Below, one piece after another: positions 15,159 to 28,294 of a DNA stretch of 64,000 bases. The translations under genes and the position numbers were made by a program. The notes under the pieces were generated by a model that was given only the letters and a program-made list of their open reading frames with translations, was not told where the DNA came from and made no database searches. Source of the DNA: the human T2T-CHM13v2.0 reference genome, Homo sapiens. Every line of letters begins with the position of its first letter. Within the stretch, counting starts at the first letter, position 1. The DNA is taken from NCBI RefSeq assembly GCF_009914755.1, contig NC_060932.1; one strand, written 5' to 3'.

Positions 15159-16040
15159 AGGTTACCGCTTTATTCTTATCCATGTACATGTGCTCCTTTT
15201 ATATCTAACCTTACATATTCTTTCCTCCATCAATTATCTTCCCTTTCTCTGGAATGCCTCCTGCTTAAACCCCAGTTATCCTTGAAATATCCTCTCATTA
15301 TCTTTCAACCATAATTTTCATGCTTTTCCCTTTTGTTCTCTACTTTGCAGATATTTATTTTTATATCAGTTTCTCTTTCTGTAGAGCCCTTCTATTTTTT
15401 TTTTTTTTTTTACTATTTTTGGATTTTGAAGTTCAGTTATTAGATTTTTAATTATTTTTAAATAGTCTTATATTTGCAAATAGTCCCTTTCTTTCTCAAC
15501 GTGTGACTTTCTCATGGGATCTAATTCTCATTTTGCTGACCACAGTTTCTCAAATCTCATTAGGAATAAATACATATTGATTGTTTTAAAACTGCATTTT
15601 TCCATTGAAATCGCACATATTCCAGTTCAGTTAAGTCTCTTCCAGTTTCTAAAAGTGCTGACTTCACTTCTGCTAGTTTTACACTGACCGCTAACATCTG
15701 CTTGCTCATGCAGACCAGCTGTGCAGGATTGCTTTGGTAGGGTAAGCAAGCGAGTGAGAGGTGGCAAAGAGTGAATGTGGGTAGAATCTGCTGTTTGTCT
15801 TAAACTTTTCTGTAGGGTATCTCTACTTAAAAGAAGTTTCATGGATGTCTTTAATAAATAAATAGGGAAGAAATAATGATATTTGCCTAATCTGTCCATA
15901 AAATCTTCATCAGTGATCATTATTTTAGGCTCAAGTTAATTAATAATAAACTGCACATCACAAAACTTTGAGCTCATTATTCTCTTTGCAGCTTTCTTTA
16001 ATCCCCATAAATTAAAACTTCCTGCAAATATTGTTATGTA

Positions 16041-16120
16041 TTAGATTGCTACAAAAGTAATTGTGGTTTTTGCCATTGAAAATAACGGTCAAAACCGCAA
16101 TTACTTTTGCACCAACCTAA
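16041..16120. mobile_element. MADE1 (Hsmar1-derived MITE)
   Basis: 80-bp near-palindrome ttagattgctacaaaagtaattgtggtttttgcc...aaaaccgcaattacttttgcaccaacctaa. Confidence 0.9.
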
Positions 16121-17117
16121 ATATAAGCATCTGGGTAAGAATCAGTATCCTGGGGCTCAGCATAGGAAAGAAACTAGGTACACAGAGCCCTTTACAGAAT
16201 ACCACCTTTCCAGGCTTTTTTTCTGAACAAAGATGTTCCTTAATCAACTTATATATGGGCACACTCACACGGGGCTGATACCCACGGATAATGAAGGTAT
16301 ATGAAACTAGTCCTCACATACAAAACCAGAAGCACTGGTAACTTAAATAACCTCTTTGTAAAGCAATCTTAATATGTATGTAAGATATAAAATACTCGTT
16401 CTCATTGTTTCAGTTATTCTGCTCAGAAATTATCCTGGGAAATAAAAAAATACTTTGAGAAACCAAAAAAAACTCTAAAAAGTTCAAAATGGAGCACTAT
16501 ATTAGCAAACTACAATAAATCTACTCAGAGATATTACATATTCCTTAGGTATAATAAATATAACACAGTGAAAAACCATCAAAATGCATAACATTTTCAA
16601 AATACTTACATGTCCTAAAAATTATGATACCAATGTTCACATATTTGATATAAAATTAACTGTGAAAAGTATGCTTAAAAACAATAAAGTTTCTAATGTT
16701 AAAATTATTGGTGATTTTTAGATATTTGCACCTTTAAAAATACCATCAAGTTATTGCATTACTCTTAAATGTTAAATATACATTTGTAAGAACAAAATTA
16801 ATGTGCCTAAAAATAAACATATATATGTATATACAAAGATATCACTTAATTATAAGCAAAGACATTCTGTTGTAGACTTAAGTTGCATCCAGAAACTCAC
16901 AGAGTTAACATAAGAAAGCGCTTCCTGGGCAGTAAGATGATAAGACTCCTTGTTTGCATAGCGGTGAGTAAAAATAAATAAAAATTTTATAAAAAGATGA
17001 TATGACATTTAAAGCATGTTACCCAGGGAGATTTTGGAGCCTACCTGGGATTCATAACAAACAGGTAGAAACTGATTTTTTTTTCCTCTCATTCTTTGAT
17101 ATTATAATATTTGCAGT

Positions 17118-17307
17118 GCTGGGTTGTGGACAAGGGGAGGGAGAGCATTAGGACAAATACCTAATGTATGTGGGGCTTAGAATATAGATGACGGGTTGAT
17201 GGGTGCAGAAAACCACCATGGCACATGCATATCTATGTAACAAACCTGCACGTTCTGCACATGTATCCCAGAACTTAAAGTAAAATAAAATAAAAATAAA
17301 TAAAAAT
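17118..17307 (+). mobile_element. L1PA 3' end fragment
   Basis: ...gcattaggacaaatacctaatg...tgtaacaaacctgcacgttctgcacatgtatcccagaacttaaag followed by an A-rich tail. Confidence 0.9.
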
Positions 17308-18189
17308 TACAGACGTTAAAAAAACAAATGTGCCATCCTGCTTGGAGACAACTGAATAAATATAATGGGTTCTCAAGGTCAGTCCTGAGCCACCAATTCC
17401 GTTAGTTATGCATTCTTTGTTCTCACAGCAGCTTTTTAGTACAGGCCCCTGAGCCCTGATGAGGTTTTATGGCCACCAGTTTTACGCAGTGGGAAGAGGT
17501 CCTTAGACAGAAGCTTGCTGGAGGCTGTCTCAGAACGCACTGCAGCACACCTGACTGCCTTGTATTCCACTCTGCACGCCCACCTTCCGCGCAGCATCCT
17601 TCCCTCCCCTGCACCCCAGCAGCTTTTCCCGGGATTTGATCCTTCTGACTCATCCATTGCTCAGAGAGTCCCCATCATCAGGAAGCCTGTCTTCTCTTCA
17701 ATGCCTGAGGTTTGCGGGGCAAGGAACAGGTGGGCAGGCTCAGTCAATTCCACCCCATTGCACCTCGTGTGACATAAATAATGGGCGCTTCTAATCTTTT
17801 CTTCCTGTCCCTACATGTGGTCGTCACCGCAACTCTGCAGGCTTGACCTGCTCTCACCTGGCTTATTTTTACCTCTTTGGGTCATGGGAAATGACCTTCT
17901 GCACCCAGGGAATCTCCCTTAGTTGATAAGACCAAAATGGAAATAAATAATAAGACCAAAATGGAAAGTTAGTATGCCTTCATAAAGAGAGATTAAATTC
18001 ATGAACACAAACCCTGCCTCTTTCTTGAAAACCCAAAATACATAAATAAATAAAACCTCCGGAGCAAGAGGAGTAACATTAGCATTGTCCATGAGGATAA
18101 AAAAGTGGGGAGAAACCCCCAGCTGACTTTTTCATCATCCCAAAAGGAGACACCAGTAAGCAGCCACTGGATTTGCCAGCTGTGCACAT

Positions 18190-19170
<981 letters not shown>

Positions 19171-21666
19171 TAAAATATAGAAACATTTTTTCTACTATCA
19201 AATGTTTGCAAACCCAAAGTTATCTTTCCTCTCTTCTCCTTACACTCTTCTTTTCCATTCATGAGTATGATGCACATCAGAATAATTAGCTTGTGTGTTG
19301 GGACAAATTGAACTCTATTTCCTTTCAACTCTGCAATTATATGAACCTATGAACCTATAACCAGATATTAACAAAATTAGCCAATAAGCGTGATTTTCTA
19401 GTTTGATTTCTTTGAAATGATATGCCTTATTCTTCAGAATTATCCACAAAATAGTTCCGTGGGGATTGCTTTCTGGGTCTGTGATTTGGAAATGGATTCA
19501 AGTCTGGAGGAGAAGGTACATGATAAAATTTAATACTATTAATTTATTTCTCCCCCAAATGAATTTATTTTCCAACATAGTTTATTGTTTCCAAACTATA
19601 CAGAAATTTTCTAAACTATAATTTCACAATGATTTGATTAGTAACTGTACTGCTAGAAAAAATATGCCATCCACCTTTACCTTGGATCCTTTCCAAATAA
19701 CGTGTAGTATAAATAGAAAGAATGAATGTAAAGTATAAAATATGCATTTTATTGTTTTATCTATAAGTCATCTTAGTGACTTTTAAAAAATGACTCAAAT
19801 TTTTGAATATCCACACTCAGTGTTTTTATCAAACAATGGTTCATGTATCGTACAGCCACTTTGTCCATGCACAGGATACATTCAGAATTGTCATTATTCC
19901 TTGGGACCCTTGAACTTAGGGTATCATCTTGGTGTGGAAGCCAATTTCCCTAAGGGGCAAATGAAATTGCTTTTCTTTCTTTCTTTTTTTTTTTTTTTTT
20001 AATGAGAGATTTCAGAGATGTCTTCAGAACAAATGCTCCACAGAGAAAGAATTTCACATTTTAATCGATTTCTTAAAGTACTGAGTTGGACCCTCACAAA
20101 TATTCATAACTATTTTACAATTACTTAGTACATAGCTAACATTTAAGGTAACTTTTTTTTTTCTCTCTTTTTTTTTGGTGGAGGGTCAAAAGCAGCTTGG
20201 AGTGCCCAATTTTCCCTAAAGTCTTAACTTCAAAGGTGATTTTGCAAGGTACAGAAAGGTCTGTGAGTCAGAGAGTCCCTGCCAGGGCACATTGTCCTGC
20301 TTAATCTCTCCAGAGGTGGAAAGTTCAAAATGAACACCCAGCCCCTGCCTCTTTGAGATGCTCACACTGTTCACCCATGCAGAAAGTCCAAGACCACTGC
20401 TTGGTGTCTCTTTTTCAAAATCCATGTCTAGGTAAGACTCATGGTGAGATATGGTTGTTGTAGACTGGTTAAATAACGCAGAAGACAGCTTGCAGAAAAT
20501 ATGATGTGTCTAATCTGAAGAATAACAAGGCTCTGCAAGCTATAACAAGTAATATAGGCAAGTCCAGAATGATATCTAGAGTCTGCTATTGCTTACATAA
20601 AAATGGGTTATGGATTCATCTCTGCTTCCATACACATGGGACACCTCTGGAAGGATTAATAAGAAGCTAACAGCAATTGTTATGAAGCCCAGGGGGACAG
20701 GAGAGAAGACATCCTTCTCACTTGCCCCTTTTGCTTAAGAGAATTTTAAGGGAAATAAATCTAAGTGATCCTGGGACTAAAATCAAATAGGGGCAAAATG
20801 TGCAGATTTATCCACTGTGTGTTTTAATACCACACATTATATAAACCCACACACAAAAATATCGTGTCCTTGCAGATTCTGTTTTCACAACTCCCAGCAC
20901 CCCAGAGCCCACAAACCTCCCTCCAGCCCAGGATGACACAGCCCTGTGGTTGCCGGGGGCTCTCTGCATCCCTCACTAGACTGTCACCTCCGACAGCGGA
21001 TAACTTCATCAAATGAGAGAAGAGCATGTCCTCTTCCTCCAAAGTAGACAATATCCTGGCTCTTCACAAATAGGTGAATTTTGCCAAATTTTTGGAATAA
21101 TGTGGTATGTTATCTCTGTTTTTTTTTCTTTCAGCATAGCGTTTGTGAGGTTCATCCACGTTGTTGTACACATCTTCTTGTTTTTCTATTCTTGTTGTGG
21201 TGTGGAAATACATTGTGTTTTGTTGTTGTCATAATACACTATTTGGTTGCATTCTCTTGGCTGCAAGGAAATGTGCTACAATGAACGTTCGTGCACATGT
21301 CTCCTAATGCACGTGGGCCTATGTTTCTGTTGGTAGATGGGAGTCATGTTGCTGGGAAATAAGCTAATTATCTGCTCAACTGTGGTGGACACCGCAGCTT
21401 TCTGAAGGCAGAAAATATATCTTTACACAACCATGTCTCTAGCACCTAGCACAGGGCTTGGCACTAAGTAGCCACACCTCAATGTTGGTTCACTTTCCTC
21501 TTTAATATCCGTATATGGAATTATTGGTTGATCCCTGCTTCTCTGAATATCAGGAAGCCAGTCTATTTTTAGGCAGAAAGGGAAGAGTAGTCAGTAACCT
21601 TCTGCCAACAGCCTTACTCAGTAGAGCAGATAAATATGCTCATGCTGATCAGTATTCCCAAAAACC

Positions 21667-21672
21667 TATAAA
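21667..21672 (+). promoter_or_regulatory. TATA box of SPAG11 promoter B
   Basis: TATAAA about 100 nt upstream of the exon 4 ATG. Confidence 0.7.
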
Positions 21673-21770
21673 TGTCCCATTTTGTGCCTTCTCCGCTCCA
21701 TTTCATTCCATCATTCATCATATTTGCTCTCCTTCACGGGAGGGCAGGGAGGTTCAACGGACCTTAAAAC

Positions 21771-21825
21771 ATGAAGGTCTTTTTTCTGTTTGCTGTTCTC
21801 TTTTGTTTGGTCCAAACAAACTCAG
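21771..21825 (+). CDS. SPAG11A: SPAG11 exon 4 (promoter B signal peptide, isoforms B/E)
   Basis: Encodes MKVFFLFAVLFCLVQTNS+G; 55 nt; donor tcag|gtaaat; TATAAA at 21667. Confidence 0.94.
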
Positions 21826-22554
21826 GTAAATGTCTCCTGGTTAGCCCTGGGGAAGGTAGTGCAGGAATTCCATTTATGTGTGTGTCTGTATGGACAGTGT
21901 GTAGGTGTGTCTGTATGTTGTTAGTGGATGCAGGTGGGCCACTGTGGGGCTCAGTCTTGGACAATTTTGATCTCCCCTGTGAAGTTTTTTAAAAGCTAAA
22001 TAAGTGTTATAAAGGTCTTGACACAAGACAAAGGGGTATGCTTGCTCTGATACAAGTGGCAAGCACTCACTGCAGTCTGAGAAAAGTTTTCAGAAGGAAG
22101 TTATAGTCATATGAATGTCAGAGCTGGAAGGGAATCAGAGATTGTCTATAGCAGCCCCATGCTCTACAAAAAGAAAACCAAAGTCCAGAGAAAGTGTTAA
22201 TTTACCATGGTGCAATGAATCTTTATGGTCATAGTAGGTCTTCAAACTTATAATATTCCCCCTGCTTGCACATAGAACACATTTTACAGATGGGCAAGCT
22301 GAAGTGTAACCAGTTAAATGAGTTGTCTAAGGAGACATAATGAGATATTGGAAGAAGTAAGACCAGAATCCAGTCTCCACGCTTCCAGGCTGGGGGCTCT
22401 TCTGTCTTGACTAAAGGTGGACCCCCCACCTTCTTCACTTTGCTGTCTCCTCCAAGCTGTGACAGGGCTGAGATGATACAGAATCAGGGATTAGACCCCG
22501 TTTGGAGGTTGGATGTTGTGCAAGAGTGTTTTCCTAATCACGCAAGACCAACAC

Positions 22555-22592
22555 TGTGCTGTTGTTGTTGTTGCTGCTGTTGTTGCTGCTGT
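22555..22592. repeat. (TGT/TGC)n microsatellite in SPAG11 intron 4
   Basis: tgtgctgttgttgttgttgctgctgttgttgctgctgt. Confidence 0.8.
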
Positions 22593-22822
22593 TTAAAGTC
22601 ATCGTACGTAGCATTTGCAGATCTGACATAAGTAAGATCTTTCTTTCAACCATCTCTTGCCCAATGTCCTGTTGTTATAAAAATTTAGGTGGTCATTTGT
22701 GACTTACAAGCCCACAGGTCCTGGTGAGGAGAGAGGTTTTATTTTCTCCTTTTCGTTGTAGGACATAAAACTAAAAATTGGGCCATAAGTTGAGAATGGG
22801 TTAATACCTCTAATTTCCTTAG

Positions 22823-22963
<141 letters not shown>

Positions 22964-23185
22964 TGAGCATTCATAAAACACACCCTATCATCCTCCTGGC
23001 AACATTTCAGATATAAATTATCGTTCCTGTTTTAAAGCTAAGAGGCCAAAGTTCGGTTAAACTGGGGCTTGTCCAAAAGTACTTAGCCTTGTCAGAATAT
23101 ATAACCCTTGGCAGCGGGCTGGGGTCATCTTCTATTCTCTGCACTATATGAGTTAAATGTCAACTCTCTTCTGTTGTATCCATAG

Positions 23186-23373
23186 GGGATGTTCCACCGG
23201 GAATTAGAAATACCATCTGCCATATGCAGCAAGGGATCTGCAGACTTTTTTTCTGCCATTCTGGTGAGAAAAAGCGTGACATTTGCTCTGATCCCTGGAA
23301 TAGGTGTTGCGTATCAAATACAGATGAAGAAGGAAAAGAGAAACCAGAGATGGATGGCAGATCTGGGATCTAA
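23186..23373 (+). CDS. SPAG11A: SPAG11 exon 6 (defensin exon of isoforms D/E; alternative frame GCSTGN* ends at 23207)
   Basis: Acceptor tatccatag| then GDVPPGIRNTICHMQQGICRLFFCHSGEKKRDICSDPWNRCCVSNTDEEGKEKPEMDGRSGI-TAA. Internal donor ctg|gtgaga after 23263; AATAAA at 23451. Confidence 0.95.
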
Positions 23374-25276
23374 AATATAAGCTCCCGGAAGGCAGGGATG
23401 TTGAAGTATCCCAAGGGCTTAAAGGAATGTGTGGCTTATAGTAGGTGTTCAATAAATATTTGTTGAATGAATTTAGCACCAAAGGTGAAGAGCTGATAAA
23501 AGACATTTTTTTAACTTCCTTACTTCTCCATGTACTGCCTTTTCAAAGGGGTCTCAGAATTTTGTGATATTCCACTTTCCTTTCCTAGTCAAGGGAATAT
23601 CTCTTAAGTATCTGGAGATGGGAACTGACTAGAAACCGAGCTCCAAACTGATTTTCAGAGAGACATAAATGCAACCAATCTGCTGCTCTGTTTTCCTTCT
23701 GATGACATCTTTCTTACCACACCCAGCACTAGCCTTCTCCTGCTTATTCACCCAGATGGTAATGCACCTTATCCCTTTTCCCTTTATGCCTCCTCAAGCA
23801 ATAACACCAACAGGTCACATTTCAGTAGGATAGTGTTGTTTTCAAGCATTTACTCTTAGGCTATTTCAATTTATTAATACAACAAGCTGATAGTGTGTAT
23901 AATAGGGGGTAAGCAGGTCCATTTTAGGAATGAAAGAAAAATGAAAATCATCAGGTGAAGCACATTTCCCCCAGGCTAGCAATTCATAAATGGCATTCTC
24001 AGTATGCCTATCAGTCAGCATTCATTCTTCTATGATCCTTCTAAAAAACATATTTCTGTGCAATTGGAGCAAGGCAGGGCCCCTGTTCATGGAGATTCCT
24101 GAATGCTTAGCTGCCTTTTGCCTTTCTCTGGATCCTGCTTGAATTTGTTGAATACTAATTCCAATAGTAGTGAACACCAATTACAAGTAAGGAATTTAAA
24201 AAATAATAAAAACAAACGTGCTGAGAGATAGAGACCACATGCCAAGCTTTTTCCTGACTGACAGGTGGCTTGGGAAGATGCTCTGTGTTCCTGTTTCTGT
24301 CGCTGCCTGAGTCCAGTGTGCTTCTGAATGAGCTGAGGTGCTGTAAAGAGCCCACTAGAATGTACACTTTGGGGCTACAGTCTCAATTCCCAGCTCAAGT
24401 TGCAATGAATATTTGTCATCTTGCCTTTGGCCTCTCGCAACCTCTTCTAAACTCACTCTTGTTTTTTTTCTTTTCTAAATGCAATCAGACAGACCTCTGG
24501 AAGTGCACAGAGTAAGTCTCTCTTAGGCACAGGCACCTCTGCAGGGCTCTCTGTCATGCCTCTAGAGGGGAGAGCCATTGTTCCATCCCTGAAGGGAATG
24601 ACTTCCTGAAGGGCATTGGCCCCTATTAGCCTTGGCTCAGAGTGAAACGCAGCAAACGTGCATGCCTCAGAACTGGCAGACACGTTCTCAGCCAGGAGTG
24701 CCACCAACCCACACCAGCAGATCTGTGTACCAGAAACACAAAATAACATGAAGGGCCACTGGGGGGCTGGAGCCTGGTTCCATAAGGATGGGACTTCTGG
24801 GCAGGTGCCGTTAGACAGCAGCACCTTCTTTTGGCCTCATGTTCCTCAGAAATGAAATGAAGGAGGTGGGCTCGATCTCAGACTCCATCAGAGCACAGCA
24901 GCCTGGGGGTGTGGAAGCAGAGCCTCACCCAAGGACCAAGGGGTCTCCACCAGGTGAGATGGGGAGGATGGGAACCCCGTCCCTCCCTGCCAGGGTGCTG
25001 CAGGTGAGAACCCCCAGGGAGCCCTCTGCAGAGTCCAGGGCCGGCCAGCAGGGCACTCGCGTGGGCCCTAGGCTGTATTATTTAATATTTTTAAGGTGGA
25101 CCCTGGGCCTGGGCTGATCTAAATTGTGGAAAATGTCATCTCCCTCTTATGTAAAATTTCTCCAAAGGAAGTGTTTGTCCACCTGTAAGGCATGGTAAAA
25201 AACTAGTACCTATGGCGTTGCCCAGCACAAAACAGGCTGTCTGGGAGTGTTTGCTGAGGCTTCCGGGAAGCAAACA

Positions 25277-25352
25277 TGGAAGGGAAGGGAAGGGAAGGGA
25301 AGGGAAGGGAAGGGAAGGGGAGGAGAGGGGAAGGGAAGGGACGGGAGGGAAG
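25277..25352. repeat. (GGAAG)n pentanucleotide repeat
   Basis: ggaagggaagggaagggaag... runs. Confidence 0.85.
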
Positions 25353-25768
25353 GCGGTGCAGGCTCCTGGAGTCCTCAGTGGTGAGCTCTGGAGTTGCTCT
25401 GTTCCCTTTTTAATTTTTGTTTACTTTTTGGCTGTTTTTTCTTTTTCTTTTTTTCAATGTAAAGTGTCTCTGTAAGGCCTGAGAATGAATCTGACTGGAT
25501 CAGCCCAGAGACCAAGTGAGAGCCCCCAAAACTGGGGCTTACTTTCTTGTTCCGCCCCTCTGGGATATTGGGCAGATCTCCATAGCATCCCTGTCCCCAT
25601 CTGTAAAGTGACAGGATTGAACTCAGTCCTAAAATGTCCTGGCGTGGTTCTAAGACAGAATCCCCAAAACGCTCTTTTTCAAAGCCTGAAAGGCTTGGGT
25701 CAGGCAGGCATCCCGGCAATACCAACACCTACCACGCGAGGGCGCGCTGCCCTTCCGGCGCCTGCAGA

Positions 25769-25773
<5 letters not shown>

Positions 25774-25811
<38 letters not shown>
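25774..25811. repeat. Pure T38 homopolymer
   Basis: 38 consecutive T with no adjacent Alu body. Confidence 0.9.
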
Positions 25812-25812
<1 letters not shown>

Positions 25813-26064
25813 ACCACTTGTTCTGAAGCTGGGCACTGGGCTAAGGACAGGAGCAGCTGGGGTCACCGCAGGGGAGAGCCAGGGGGCCCAGGTTACCAAA
25901 GCTTCTGGCCTGAATCTCTTGGCACTGATTACAGTGCCTCATTCGTCTCTGCCCTGCACAGGGTACCATTCACGCCGGGGGTGCGGAAATGAATTAAGTT
26001 CAGACGGAATCAGCAGGGATATTTATTGAGGCATTGTCAGGCATCTGCTCTTATTTGGGAACAG

Positions 26065-26099
26065 GGACAGGCCAGCAGCACAGACAACGCTGTGGATAA
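26065..26099 (+). CDS. SPAG11A: SPAG11 distal terminal exon (isoform G/H-type C-terminus GTGQQHRQRCG*)
   Basis: Acceptor ggaacag| in phase 1 gives GTGQQHRQRCG-TAA, matching a SPAG11 isoform end as I recall it. AATAAA at 26334-26339. Confidence 0.8.
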
Positions 26100-27995
26100 G
26101 GAGAGTAGAGACTTCCTCTTCCTGCCTCCTGTCTTCTGGAGTTGTGACCGCAGGGTGGCCCAGGTGGATCGGCTTCAGAGGCCAGGAGGCAGCTCTCTGC
26201 AGCCGAAGAGCAGGAGCCTCACCCACGGTCTGTGGCTCTGACTAAGCCTGGACTGCCTCTCGGCTGTGCTCCGTGGACTGGCTCCCCAGGGATCCATGTG
26301 AGAGACCGGAGTATGATCCTCAGTGCGAGGACAAATAAAAGTAGTGATTATGTCCACCCCATCCTGCCCTCCGTCCAGATCTGTTTTCAACTTGAGGATT
26401 CATCTGCCTTGTCCTTGCTAAGACACCTTCAGCCTGTGGTCAGGGGAAGCTGGGAAGAGGTGCTGGGAGACCCAGGACATCGCAAGTTGCTTCTCTGGCT
26501 GGCACTCAGAGGTGCGTGAACCCTCTGCCAACCCTAAGAGGGGCAGGAGGGTGCCTGGTGATGGGCCGGAGCTCCAGCCAGCCAGCAGGGGCAGAAGGAC
26601 TAGGCCTGGTCCAATGGGGGCCCAGGATGTTTTTCTTGGCAAATCCTCATACTTTTCACGTAGCTCTTTCTTCTGAGATAAGTGTGATCATCTCCACTGT
26701 ATCTCTAAGGAATCAGCTTCCTGAGATGACACAGTAACCAGGAATGACAGAGCTGTTCCCTCCTAGTACTCAAATTGGCTCAAATTTCAACCCCACTCTG
26801 AAGCTTTCCTGGCCCTCTCCCCGCATTCCTGCCTGGCATTATCAATTGCTCTACGTCTCTGCCCCTCAGACACTTCGGTGCATCCTATCATAGGGTCTTG
26901 TCACTCTGTTGCCATCATTTATTTACATATTTATAGTCCTCCCACTAGACCTTGAGCTCCTCAAGGACAGGGCCTGGTACATAAATACTCATATTTACAT
27001 CTTTAGTAACCAGTGAAGAACAATAAATATGAAATAGAGGAAGGAATGAGTGAATTAACCTAAGCCTCAAACACTGGTCTTCTTCAGTGCACCACTACTG
27101 TCCTTTTTAATCCAAGCACTGGGGCAGATTTCACCAGGGGATGCTGGGAAACCCCACTGTGATCGCGGCCACATCCTAGTCACAGCCTGAAGCCCGCATC
27201 CTTGTCTTATCTCTCACAATCCCCTGGTTTCACCGCCTTCTTCCTCTCCTCATTCCAACCACTCCCCGTCCCATTGGGGTACTCATCTCTACAATCCGGT
27301 CAGAAGGTGGGGCGAAGCCTTTATTAGCTCTCCTTTATTATAGGGCCTCACAACAGAACTTGTAACCCCTTCATTTTCAGGGGCTTAACACTTACCCCAC
27401 GGGAGGCGGCAGAGCTAACAGGGAGGCTCGACGTGTTGGGGCTGGAGAAGTGAAAAGTCCCCTGGCCCCTGAGTCTCCACACTGAGCATCTGCCTCTGAC
27501 AGCATGACATGTGCACCTTCTGTCCCTCCCTCATGGAATCATAGACAGAAAAGGGACCCAGGATGTCACTAAATTGAAGCCATGCCCCAATGAGCCTCAT
27601 GGCATCCTGGAAAAAGCCCTGAACTAGGAATGAAAATGCCTGCGTCCTTGTCCTATGTCTGCCGTCCTTGACCTCACTGAGCTTTGGCCCTTCCTTGATA
27701 ATTTGAACACACGTTGTTTGCTCTTTGATTTTGAAAACAAAGATTACATGAAATTCCTATGAACCATACAGTATTGGGACTGTACAGGTGATTCATTTTA
27801 TTAACTAATAATTGAATCTTCTTGATTCAAATAAGATACAGCAAATGTGATTTGAGATAGTTGTCAACCTGGAAAGAATACATATTGCATTTTAACATCA
27901 TACAGGTGGAGTAATTTAGTGACTAAAACACACACATGCAGATACATGTATAATTTACACATAGTGTCTCACTATGCAATTATAGCCAGAATGGA

Positions 27996-28294
27996 TTTTT
28001 TTTTTTTTTTTTTAGACTGAGTCTCACTCCATCACCCAGGCTGGAGTGCAGTGGTGCAATCTTGGCTCACCGCAACCTCCGCCTCCCAGGTTCAAGGGAT
28101 ACTCCTGCCTCAACCTTCCCAAATAGCTGGAATTACAGATGTGCACACCTGAACCTGGCTAGTTTTTATATTTTTAGTAGAGACGGGGTTTCACCATGTT
28201 GGCCAGCTGGTCTCAAACTCCTGACCTCAGGTGATCCACCCTCCTTGGCCTCCCAAAGTGCTGGGATTACAGGCATCACCCACCGCGACCGGCC
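27996..28294 (-). mobile_element. Alu with TSD
   Basis: Reverse Alu with agaatggattttt on both sides. Confidence 0.93.

Noticed and set aside
22407-22631. ORF with a poly-Cys run
   Set aside because: Translation of a (TGT/TGC)n microsatellite, with no defensin spacing.
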